Part shown: positions 51,104-62,303 of the stretch, one piece after another
Layout of the letters: every line of letters starts with the position of its first letter
How positions within the stretch are numbered: position 1 is the first letter of the stretch
The notes under the pieces: generated by a model
Seen by the model: the letters and a program-made list of their open reading frames with translations, nothing else
Databases searched by the model: none
What the model was told of the DNA's origin: nothing
Origin: Macrostomum lignano
Taxonomy: Eukaryota
DNA length: 64,000 nucleotides
Reading direction: 5' to 3'
Assembly (NCBI GenBank): GCA_002269645.1
Contig: NIVC01000702.1
Location: 1 to 64,000 of the forward strand
Translations under genes and position numbers: made by a program

Positions 51104-54100
51104 TCAACTAAAAGCTAGGAAGCAGCGATCAAAGCTGTCCAGCTTCCTCCTGACTCGCTCCAGCCTCTCGTTGTCGCAGCTGTCCATGGCAACCCGTGGC
51201 TCCCTAGCAACAACCGCCTCCATTCGCTCCAGGCAGAAGCGGAGCTGCACCGGGCTGTCAGTGTAGTGGGCCAGCGTCGCCAGCTCCTCCGTGTCCAGCT
51301 GCGATCCCGCAGACTCAGCCTGCAGCTCCAGGAACCACTGCTGCGCCAGCCTCTTGGCGAATCCCGAGCCCGCAGCTCCGTCGGCTCGAATGCATGCCGC
51401 GCGCCGACCGCCCAGCAGCTCAGCTTGCAGACTCCAGCTCAGACAGCGGAAGTTCACGTACAGGTGGCGCTGCATCGGTGAGCGGCTGCAGAGTCGAGCA
51501 GTGAGCAGCGACTCGGTGAACCTGGGTAAAAACGGCAGGCTGGGCCGCCGGTCGCAGGGCAGGCAGAACCTCCAGGCCCAATCGGTGCTCAACGGCCATC
51601 GCCAGCTTTGAGTCTCCGATATGGCCTCTTTGCTGAGGTCTTCGACCGTCCAGCCGCTGCTCATCACCTAGAATTGTTATGATAGCATTTAACAAGTGAG
51701 CAATGCTTGTTGATTTCATGCATGCTTGAGTCTTTACAGCCCTTAGCTGCTGTCTTTGCATTGGCTTAACCAAAAAAATTCTCGGTGCCTTTTACTGACG
51801 TCTGGAACCCATAGTCACAACTTGAATTGCAGTCCTACTGAATAAGTACGCTAAGTGGCCTTGTGAGGTCTGAAACGCCTGTGCAATGGCATCCTGGTTT
51901 ATCGCAAAGCCCTCTTCTTAACAAGCCAATTGAATCTCTTAGCTCTGAAGTTGACTTGCGTCTTCAGTATCCTAGCCAACAATCTGGTCTCGGTCATTCG
52001 GAAGGCACAATCACCCTAAGACCCACCGCTCCGCTCTGATCTTTGGTCTTGGCGTGGCAGTTAACAATATCTACATCTACATGTAGCACGGAGCTGATTG
52101 TTACGGCCTTCTTCATCACAATCTGCTATCAAAAAGCTTCCGAAACGTACGAAGTGTTTTCAAAAATAAATGTCAGTGGACGTACATCTTTGCTCGAGCA
52201 CATGCTTTCACCTTTTTTATCAACACGCTTTTACGTTTACATCCTGTAGTGCACCTGCTCCAAGGTCATTTTAATCTCAACAGTACAGTTTATCTTTTAA
52301 CCTCTAGAAGCTGTTTAAGTTTTCCACTCCCTTGACGAAAATGACGTAAGTTCAACCATCAGATAAGGCAAAGGTCATTTAAGGTCAAGCAAAGTCCGGT
52401 GTAGCAGAGGTCATTTAAGCTTTCCCGTAATCAGATCACTTTCAACACTGCGACTGGAGTAGGAACGAGTCCTGAGAAGCCTTCCAACAATCGCAACAAT
52501 CGATCGAGCTCGGTGGTGATTATATGCATCTTGAGATGTTGAACTTGTTGGGAAATTTCTACTGAAAGCCTCTCATACCTACCGAAGCAATGGAGGCTGA
52601 TCGCATTGGTGCTTGTTTGCTTTATAAGTGAAGCTACAATGAGTCATGGAGCACTTTACTTGACCCCAGTCTCGGCAACACTAAAATCGTGTGATACCTA
52701 TCACAAAAACGGGTCACATTTCTCACCTGATGTCTCACCAATTCGCTCAGCGTCTCCTTCGCCGCAGTTTTGTTCCTGTACTTCAGCTGCGCCATCACAG
52801 CCAAACACCTGACCGTGCAGTGACACCAGCTGCACTCGTACCAACTTTCAAGCTGCCGCATCAGAGCTCCTTCGCCATCCACTTCGTCTGCAGCTTGCAG
52901 AGCTCGCAAAGCCGCCGCCACTGAGCAGTAAAGTCCAGCGAGCTCAGTAGCGTCTGGAGCTTGCGATTTCCGGTCATGAGGCACATCGGGAGGCAGAGTC
53001 AAAGGTAGCAGAGTGAACAAGTCGAAATACAGCTTGTCATCATCATCCAGAGGCTTCAGGTGGCTCATCAGCTTCTTGACTGCGGGTTCGAGGTCACTCC
53101 GAGCTTTGAGCAGCTCAGCTCGAATTCGAGTCTTGGCCTCATCCACAGGTCTTCTAGTCCATTGTAGCTGCAGCTGAACATGTGGCTTGAAGAAGCTGGG
53201 CATGCAACCATCATCACTCGAGCTGGTCGAGTCCAGGAACTTCATCATCAAGTCCAGGGCCTCTTTGGCGAGTTCTATCAGCTTGTGCGGCTGCCACATT
53301 TGCCAGTTCCACGAGCCGTGAGTCTCAATCAGGTAGAACAGCAGGTGCTTAACGTGATGACTCGTTAGTCCCGGACACTGCGACACCTCGGCCAGGTAGT
53401 TTTTGAGTAGGAACTTGAGCAGAATGAACAGCTGGCCCTGGACTGTGTTCAGCTGTCGCATCCGCTGCTTCTCTTCGATAGCGAATGTCTGCTGCAGGTG
53501 GATTAGGGCTGCATCACGAATGGAAACCAGAGGCAAGAGCAGAGCGCTCGCTGATTGAGGACTCCGAAATGCCAAGGTAGTGCTGGTAGCTGGCCTGAGA
53601 CCGCACGGAGCTGAGGCCACTGGAGGCTGCTGGCCAACTGCAAGACAACAAATGGTTTGACACGCTTTAGCAGGCAGAGAAATACAAAAGTTAAAATCAA
53701 CATAGATTATAATTAATTCTTTCTACCGACGCGTTTCGGACCAACAATGGCCATCTTCAGGGTCTGGTGTATTTTTAACTCACACAACAACTTTATAAGT
53801 GAACAAATGTTAACTGTACAGTCCAAAGGGCATGTCATGGGCAGAATTTTCCAAAAATGTTAAGCATAGATTGCAAGTACATTGTTCAGACTTGTGGTCG
53901 GCCAATACGTTAGTAGACTGAAATCCCATGTTCCTCTTGCTCTGGCGGCAGGTGTTGTGTACAAGTTCTCTTGTTCTGTTGACCAGAACATTACCCATAT
54001 AGGTAAAACTAAAATGCACCTGTACACCAGAGTCAGAGAGCATTGGTTAAAAAGGTCGGCTATCCAAGACCACCTGCTTTGTTGCAACAGTTGTTGCGAA

Positions 54101-57100
54101 ATTGAGCAAACTCAGCAGTTTAAAATTATTGATCGGTGTAGAACTGATTTTAGGCTCAACATACTTGAATCCATGTACATTAAAGACCAAAAACCTAATC
54201 TGAATATTCAGCTCTCCCATAGTGGTGCGGGCCATTTGCTCAAGGTATTCTAAGTAAAGGCACAAGTCTGAACAATGTACTTGCAATCTATGCTTAACAT
54301 TTTTGGAAAATTCTGCCCATGACATGCCCTTTGGACTGTACAGTTAACATTTGTTCACTTATAAAGTTGTTGTGTGAGTTAAAAATACACCAGACCCTGA
54401 AGATGGCCATTGTTGGTCCGAAACGCGTCGGTAGAAAGAATTAATTATAATCTATGTTGATTTTAACTTTCGTAAATGGTTTGACATTGACAGTTTTGGG
54501 TACCGACTAAGTCGTATTGGTGATATGATTTACGGCTGATTGCGGACTCCTTTGACTCACATCCCGATGCGTCATCTTCTACAGTGAGCAGCTGGGCGCC
54601 CTCCTCTTTATCGGGAGGGTCTCCGGTGAAGTCCAGTCGCAGCTTGGTCGCACCTGGGCAGCCAGCAGCAGCCGTAACGGGTGTCAGCCAGTCGATCCCG
54701 GACCCATCAGAAAGCCTCGCATTCAGCCGTGTCAGACTGCAGCCCCAGCCGTCAGCAAAGCTGCCGATCAGATGGGGTTTGGAGAGGCTCAGACAAGCGG
54801 CTGTCCGCTCCAGTAAGTCTGCCAGCCTCTGCTGACAAGCCGCTCTGCTCTGGGTGAAGCCGGAGCTCGTGAGGACCCAGTGCAGTTTCTCGCTGAGCTG
54901 AGAATCGTGTAGGTCAATGTCACTGCAGGTAGGTTGAGACGAACTTTAGTATCGCTTTTTAAGCTGCGCATCTATTGCCTATACATGCACTGTACTTTCT
55001 ACTAAGTAGTGTGTACCTGTTACCCCATGTATAGAAACTATTGGTAAGCCGAATGATTAATTTATGAAGCTTCGCGTTCAATTCAAATCTGAATTGCGGA
55101 AAGGATGTAATTGTACTCACATTTGACTCTTTTCAGGCACTGTCTGTTCAAAGGTTCTGAAATGAATTTTTAAAAGTGAATGCTGCAAGGCAAGAATGGT
55201 AAAAGCACAGCTTGACTGACAACTTTTGAGTCAACTCTTGGATTTAATTTTATTTGATTTGATGATTTGATGACTTAATTTGCGTCAGTGAGTCAAAAGA
55301 CCAACTGCTCAAACTGACACACTGACACACTATACTCACCCAGTTGAAGCAGGGGATGTCAATTTAACGTTCCCCTCCTCTGCCAGCACCCAAGTTGCTT
55401 GGTTCCGCCCGCACAGCCGAGCTCTGTCCAGCGCTGTGCAGCCCTGAGTGTCTCGCACCTCTCTGTCAGCTCCTCGCTCCAATAGTTTGGCAATGACGTG
55501 GCAGTGACCCAGCTCGGCGGCAAGCATCAGAGTAGTGCTGCAGAGTTGGTCATCCAGCCTTTTGTTGACGTCTTGAATACTTGGCAATATGGCGGTAGCC
55601 AGGGCGGAGTGACCGTGAGAGAGGCTGGAGCACAGCAGCTGATGAAGCTGGTGCTGATTTGCGTTGAGCAGGATTTTCTGAATATTTTAGCATGAATAAA
55701 TAAATAACCAATAGCCATTCGTTCTTGAGTGTAGTTAGTGCATGAAGTTATCAAATGTTATTTTAATATTTGCAAATTAACAATTCGCAATTTATAAAAG
55801 ATCTTCTAAGTATTTCTTGCACGCAAATGTTTTTCCAAGAGTTTTTTTTCGAAGAAATCTGTTCAAGGTTCTGGTTAAGATCGACCAGTTCCTGGGAAGT
55901 CGACCAGTTTACATTATTAAAGTGTAAAATCAAAGTTGGGCTGAGGCTGCTAATAGAAAAAGAAAGGCTTGTGGCTGTAAAAATGACTTAGACTACTTAA
56001 TTAATCAATTTCTTGATAAAATTGCAACCCATCCTAAATTTCGTAAGGTATTCCAATGCTATTTCCAATGGTAAAAACATGTAAATAGGCTAATCATAGA
56101 CTGGGTGTGGCTGGCTGTAAAGCTGACTCAACCAGAGATAAGATTGCACCCACCCCACAGGAAAGGGTTGGGTGGTTGAATAGTCAGTCGGCTATAGTCA
56201 ATCGATAAGATTGCACCCACCCCACAGGAAAGGGTTGGGTGGTTGAATAGTCAGTTGGCTATAGTCAATCGATAAGATTGCACCCACCCCAACACATGAC
56301 TAGAGCTGCTATTGGCTAATGAAAACGCTCGTGTTCAAGCAGAAGCTTGAAAAAGAGTGGTGGTGGCTGTAAAAATCGACCGCAAAGTTAATCGATAAGA
56401 TTGCACCCGCCCAATCCCACAATAACGGTGAATGGTTGAACACTTAACTGAACCGATTGAATAAGTACGATTATTACTCAATAAGAATAAGCAAGAGCGC
56501 ATCACTACTTGCTTTGGCAGAGAACAGACAGAAAAAAGACCGTTACTTATTGCAAGCTAGTATACCCCATCCAATTAAAAGCTATACTTTTTAACCTGTA
56601 AGTTTTTGTTTTCCTTTCCGAATAGATCGAAATCTAATACTGTAGCTTCTTACTTTTACATAGTAGTCCTCTCCTATGGCGACAGTTTCAGCTAAAAATT
56701 TCAGCAGGTACAAATTCTTCGTCGAATTGTCGGCCAGATAGATGCCATGGTTTGTTGTTCCATTTCTGATTAGCGATGATTGAGATTTTTTTAGACAGTT
56801 TTTGTAGGCGTTTACTCTTGCGGACTCGCTGTAAAATTTGAGCGAGGGGTACACTTATCTGAATTGGCGAAATGCTCAACTCAGATCCCATTACAGTCGC
56901 CTGATTTTTCAGCCCATGATCGCAGCTCCCGGTCCTGGATTTCTCATATGGATTTTCGATCCCCAGATTCTCAATTCAAGATTCTTGATCCCCGGATCCC
57001 CAGATTCCTGATCCCCAGATTCTTAATCCTCAGATTCGTAATCCCTAGATTTCCGATCCCCAGATTCTTAATCCCCAGATTCTTAATCCTCAGATTCTTA

Positions 57101-60100
57101 ATCCCAAGATTCTTATTTCCCCAGATTCTTAATCCCAAGATTCTTAATCCCTAGATTCTTAATCCCAAGATTCTTAATCCCCAGATTCTTAATCCCTAGA
57201 TTCTTAATCCCAAGATTCTTAATCCCCAGATTCTTAATCCTCAGATTCTTAATCCCAAGATTCTTATTTCCCCAGATTCTTAATCCCAAGATTCTTAATC
57301 CCAAGATTCTTAATCCCTAGATTCTTAATCCCAAGATTCTTAATCCCTAGATTCTTAATCCCAAGATTCTTAATCCCCAGATTCTTAATCCTCAGATTCT
57401 TAATCCCAAGATTCTTATTTCCCCAGATTCTTAATCCCTAGATTCTTAATCCCAAGATTCTTAATCCCTAGATTCTTAATCCCAAGATTCTTAATCCCCA
57501 GATTCTTACGAGTAATTTTCAGATTCTTAGCTGGAAATACCCAGATTCCCGATCCCCAGCTTCCCAATCCCCAAATCCTCAGCCTCCCAGTTTAGCCACA
57601 ATGAATCAAAATTATTACCTGGCTCCATCGTCCTTAATCAGTCGAGTCAGGCTGACAGCCACGCTCAGTTGATGTCTTGCCTGTGCAGCCAGCCTGGCCC
57701 TGTCGAGGCACTGATCCTCCATTGCTGCACAATCTGCAGTCCCCGCCGCCCAAGCGGCAGTCCGAAGGTCGCCGCCGGTTGCCGCGGTTTCTGCTACCAA
57801 TATTAGCAATTTCTGCTTCGGAGTAATTCTTCTCTCCAAAAGCTGATCATCGGGAAGCGGAGGCGGCAGCAGTTTGATCAGCTCTTCTAGAAGGTTGCTG
57901 CGGCCTAACTTGGCGACTCTCTCGGCAGCCTCCAAGCAGAACCGCCAACGATTTGCTGGGCTTTCTATTCGAGGTAAAATTTTCAGACCAATCGCGATGT
58001 GCTGCTCTGTGACCGCATCGGATTCGTTTAATAAAAGTCCAAGGACGCGGATCTTCACGCCCTGGTTGGGCGAGTCAGCCACCAGAGATGGAAGCAGGTG
58101 GAGTCGGCCAGAGAAAAAGACTGCTTCAGCCAGGTATTTCAGACAGATCTGCTCATTAGAAGTCCTAAGGGGTGTGCGGTAATATATGTAGTGTCTCTTC
58201 TATTGTCTGTTCTATCGTCTCACCACCTGTTCTATCGTCTCACCACCTGTTCTATCGTCTCACCACCTGTTCTATTGTCTCATCACCTGTTCTATCGTCT
58301 CACCACCTGTTCTATCGTCTCACCACCTGTTCTATCGTCTCACCACCTGTTCTATCGTCTCCATTTCTGTTCTATTGTCTCACTACCTGTTCTGAAGTAT
58401 TCATATCATCATTATGGACCCCTTCAATCATTTCAGTACGTCATCTATCATCTTAAATATGTACCCTAACAACCCAATTAATACTTGTTTACGGGTCTGT
58501 AGCTACTGTAATGTGTATCGCTTTCCAAGTCAGTTTTTATCAGTTAAAATCATATGGTTGAAATACTACTCAAGCCAGCTCCTACCCATTGAGATGTTTC
58601 ACCAGTCGCAGAAACTCCTCCGTCCGACCCCTCTGTTCAGCAATGAGCAACAGTTTTTCGAAAAATCTTCTCTTGACTGGATTCATTAAATTTGATGCTC
58701 GCCGAATACTGATGTACGAGTGAGTGCCCGACGATTTAGCGATGCATAGCAACAGTTGAACCGCAGCCTCGAACCGGCCCGCACGGGCAGCCTTGGCTGC
58801 CGACTTACTGCAGCACAGGTCTCTCTTAAGATCGTCCGAAATTGTTGCAGCCAAAGCCTGCAGCGCCGCAGTGTTGCCATGCAGGGCCAGATCAGCAATG
58901 AGGCCTTGACAGAACTCGTTTCTGCGTTGCCCGACTGCCAGCTTGCTGTGGTAGCGCTCCACTAGCTTTGGTTGACCATCGATCGCAGCTTGCTTCAAGG
59001 CTCGCTGCCAGAACAGCTCTGCAACCCTGACATCGCCAATACTAGCGAGGCAGTGCGCCAAAAACTTCCAACTCGGGTGACTCAGCAGCGATTCATAATC
59101 GATTGAAGTGGAGAGACAGACAGCGGAATGAGCCAGACTGATGAAGCACCGGATCTTACTTGTGAAATGGCACTGATCGACAAGCTGAAGTTTATGAATT
59201 AGTGCTTGAGTGAGTTCACGAGTTTATGAGCGAATTTATAAGTGAGGTCATGTGTTCATGAGTGAGTTCATGAGTGAGTTCATGAGTGAGTTCATGAGTG
59301 AGTTCATGAGTGAATTTATAAGTGAGGTCATGTGTTCATGAGTGAGTTCATGAGAGAGTTCATGAGTGAGTTCATGAGTGAATTTATAAGTGAGGTCATG
59401 TGTTCATGAGTGAGTTCATGAGTGAGTTCATAAGTGAGTTCATGAGTGTGTTCATGAGTGAGTTCATGAGTGAGTTCATGAGTGAGTTCATGAGTGAGTT
59501 CATGAGTGAGTTCATGAATGAGTTTATGAGTGAGTTCATGAGTGAGTTCATGAGTGAGTTCATGAGGGAGTGAGTGAGTAAGTGAGTTCATGAGTGAGTT
59601 GATGAGTGAGTTCATGAGGGAGTGAGTTCATGAATGAGTTCATGAGTGAGTTGATGAGTGAGTTCATGAATGAGTTCATGAGTGAGTTGATGAGTGAGTT
59701 CATGAATGAGTTCATGAGTGAGTTCATGAGTGAGTTCATGAGTGATTTCATGAGTGAGTTCATGAGTAAGTTCATGAGTGAGTTCATGAGTGATTTCATG
59801 AGTGAGTTCATGAGTGAGTTCATGAATGAGTTCATGAGTGAGTTCATGAGTGAGTTCATGAGTGAGTTCATGAGGGAGTGAGTGAGTAAGTGAGTTCATG
59901 AGTGAGTTGATGAGTGAGTTCATGAGGGAGTGAGTTCATGAATGAGTTCATGAGTGAGTTGATGAGTGAGTTCATGAATGAGTTCATGAGTGAGTTGATG
60001 AGTGAGTTCATGAATGAGTTCATGAGTGAGTTCATGAGTGAGTTCATGAGTGAGTTCATGAGTGAGTTCATGAGTAAGTTCATGAGTGAGTTCATGAGTG

Positions 60101-61641
60101 ATTTCATGAGTGAGTTCATGAGTGAGTTCATGAATGAGTTCATGAGTGAGTTCATGAGTGAGTTCATGAGTGAGTTCATGAGGGAGTGAGTGAGTAAGTG
60201 AGTTCATGAGTGAGTTGATGAGTGAGTTCATGAGGGAGTGAGTGAGTAAGTGAGTTCATGAGTGAGTTGATGAGTGAGTTCATGAATGAGTTCATGAGTG
60301 AGTTGATGAGTGAGTTCATGAATGAGTTCATGAGTGAGTTCATGAGTGAGTTCATGAGTGAGTTCATGAGTGAGTTCATGAGTGAGTTCATGAGTGAATT
60401 TATAAGTGAGGTCATGTGTTCATGAGTGAGTTCATGAGAGAGTTCATGAGTGAGTTCATGAGTGAATTTATAAGTGAGGTCATGTGTTCATGAGTGAGTT
60501 CATGAGTGAGTTCATAAGTGAGTTCATGAGTGTGTTCATGAGTGAGTTCATGAGTGAGTTCATGAGTGAGTTCATGAGTGAGTTCATGAGTGAGTTCATG
60601 AATGAGTTTATGAGTGAGTTCATGAGTGAGTTCATGAGTGAGTTCATGAGGGAGTGAGTGAGTAAGTGAGTTCATGAGTGAGTTGATGAGTGAGTTCATG
60701 AGGGAGTGAGTTCATGAATGAGTTCATGAGTGAGTTGATGAGTGAGTTCATGAATGAGTTCATGAGTGAGTTGATGAGTGAGTTCATGAATGAGTTCATG
60801 AGTGAGTTCATGAGTGAGTTCATGAGTGAGTTCATGAGTGAGTTCATGAGTAAGTTCATGAGTGAGTTCATGAGTGATTTCATGAGTGAGTTCATGAGTG
60901 AGTTCATGAATGAGTTCATGAGTGAGTTCATGAGTGAGTTCATGAGTGAGTTCATGAGGGAGTGAGTGAGTAAGTGAGTTCATGAGTGAGTTGATGAGTG
61001 AGTTCATGAGGGAGTGAGTGAGTAAGTGAGTTCATGAGTGAGTTGATGAGTGAGTTCATGAATGAGTTCATGAGTGAGTTGATGAGTGAGTTCATGAATG
61101 AGTTCATGAGCGAGTTCATGAGTGAGTTCATGAGTGAGTTCATGAGTGAGTTCATGAGTAAGTTCATGAGTGAGTTCATGAGTGATTTCATGAGTGAGTT
61201 CATGAGTGAGTTCATGAGGTAGTGAGTGAGTGAGTGAGTATATTACACAAGAAAGACAGTTCCAGTTACCAGGTCTTTATAATCTGGCGAATTTTTAGTC
61301 GTTCCAGGGGCACAGTCGAGCTGCACTAGCGAACTAAAAAAGTCACTCGTGGCCGCGTACTTTGCCACAGCATTCTGACAGCAGCGGAAGCCTATGTGGT
61401 GACTGCAGATGCTGAGCAATGCGGACGTCAAACTGCCGCAGGGACAGTCAAAATCCAGTTTGCTGTCTACAGCCTGACACAGAGCTGTCACTATTCTGTC
61501 TACTGTGTGGCAATGCTGCTTAAACAGTTCGTCTTCATCGGCTGAGACCATGACGCAATCATCTCGATCAGCAATATTAAAAGCTCTTACAATGAATTTT
61601 AAACGCCTCTGCGAGGCAATGTAATGAGATCGGCTCACCAT
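51104..61641 (-). CDS. Helical-repeat + ankyrin + Mab-21/cGAS-like (cGLR) nucleotidyltransferase-fold protein, about 1288 aa (exons 61641-61270, 59184-58586, 58164-57619, 56828-56654, 55677-55340, 54922-54561, 53637-52727, 51667-51104)
   Basis: All seven GT-AG introns are phase-compatible (0,2,2,0,2,1,0), giving 3867 nt open to the stop. The ankyrin segment reads TTLMLAAELGHCHVIAKLLERGADREVRDTQGCTALD and the NTase N-lobe reads HLIGSFADGWG...SGIDW. The Mab-21 C-lobe reads TFAIEEK...QGQLFILLKFLLK...GLTSHHVKHLLFYLIE...W...L...MPSFFKPHVQL. The start codon is uncertain. Confidence 0.8.
53725..53763 (-). ncRNA. Minimal type I hammerhead ribozyme (inverted copy; sense to the cGLR-like pre-mRNA)
   Basis: It is the exact reverse complement of the 54394-54432 motif. 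Confidence 0.8.
53882..54253 (+). pseudogene. Penelope GIY-YIG endonuclease fragment
   Basis: A 123-aa ORF with a VVY...HIG motif and the EH/DH histidines. No RT is present. Confidence 0.85.
54394..54432 (+). ncRNA. Minimal type I hammerhead ribozyme (Penelope pLTR)
   Basis: The elements are CTGAAGA (54397-54403), stem II GGCCA/TGGTC, GAAA, palindromic ACGCGT stem III, a GTC cleavage triplet (54427-54429) and a short ACC/GGT stem I. Confidence 0.8.
56137..56290. repeat. 67-bp tandem duplication (GATAAGATTGCACCCACCC...)
   Basis: The motif starts at 56137, 56204 and 56271, with a partial copy at about 56394. Confidence 0.85.
56950..57510. repeat. 15-bp minisatellite (CCCAAGATTCTTAAT)
   Basis: About 36 tandem units. 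Confidence 0.95.
58205..58395. repeat. 20-bp minisatellite (TCTATCGTCTCACCACCTGT)
   Basis: About 9 copies. Confidence 0.93.
59205..61240. repeat. 12-bp minisatellite (GAGTTCATGAGT) with 308-bp and 1084-bp higher-order repeats
   Basis: About 170 units. Identical or near-identical repeat-ORFs in the track recur at offsets of 308 (59630/59938) and 1084 (59328/60412, 59630/60714). Confidence 0.97.
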
Positions 61642-62303
61642 GCAGGGTCGCCGTGTTGTTGTTTTCGGATTCAGTCCGTGCACTTTTGTAACACCCCTAG
61701 CAGCGTAGCGTTCTCGCCAACTCCTCGTTGTGGGCGGGCACTCGCTTAAATATCCCCCATTTCGTCCCCGCTTGTGTCTCCCGTTCTACCCCTGCCAGTG
61801 CTGTACGCAGCTCATCTCGAGTACGCGATTTGTACAACCTCCTCCCCAGCTTATGCTTCATGATCCTTCTATTCGCGCATACTTATTGGAAGCTGAGTTT
61901 ACTATTATATAAATTAATATGTTTATAATGCTCATAAATACAAACTAGAGGCATTTTCTGAGCCAGCTACACAATGGTGTTTTATGCTCCATCTACTCGT
62001 GGCGCGTGGCTCATTGTGTGCCTTTTCTTTGGTCGCTTGCTTTTTCTTACCTTTTAGGGTTTTTCTCTTCTCTAAGTTAGAATTTTTTCTTCTTTTCTCA
62101 TCTGCCATCTCTCTCTCTCTCTCTGTGCATATATTGTGCAAAGATACAGGTCATGCACAGCCGTATACATTTCGTGTATATAGCTATTACAGTTATAGTT
62201 TTATGCATCAACCGTAGCATAAAAACCCAAAGTGAAACAGAAAATTTGCACCATTTAACAATTGCTTTGTGATTTATATTGAATTAATCTTCTCCAAAAA
62301 CCT
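61642..62303. promoter_or_regulatory. Putative bidirectional promoter region between the cGLR-like gene and the innexin
   Basis: This is positional inference: about 660 bp separate two divergent putative ATGs. No specific motifs were validated. Confidence 0.4.

Larger units (their letters stand above)
53663..54473 (+). mobile_element. 5'-truncated Penelope-like element with inverted pLTRs
   Basis: It carries a GIY-YIG endonuclease C-terminus (GVVYKFSC..HIGKT..L.TRVREH..AIQDH..ILESMYIK..PNLN). Perfect inverted arms lie at 53687-53896 and 54261-54470, and a 13-bp direct repeat AAATGGTTTGACA at 53650-53662 and 54474-54486 is the probable TSD. Confidence 0.92.
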
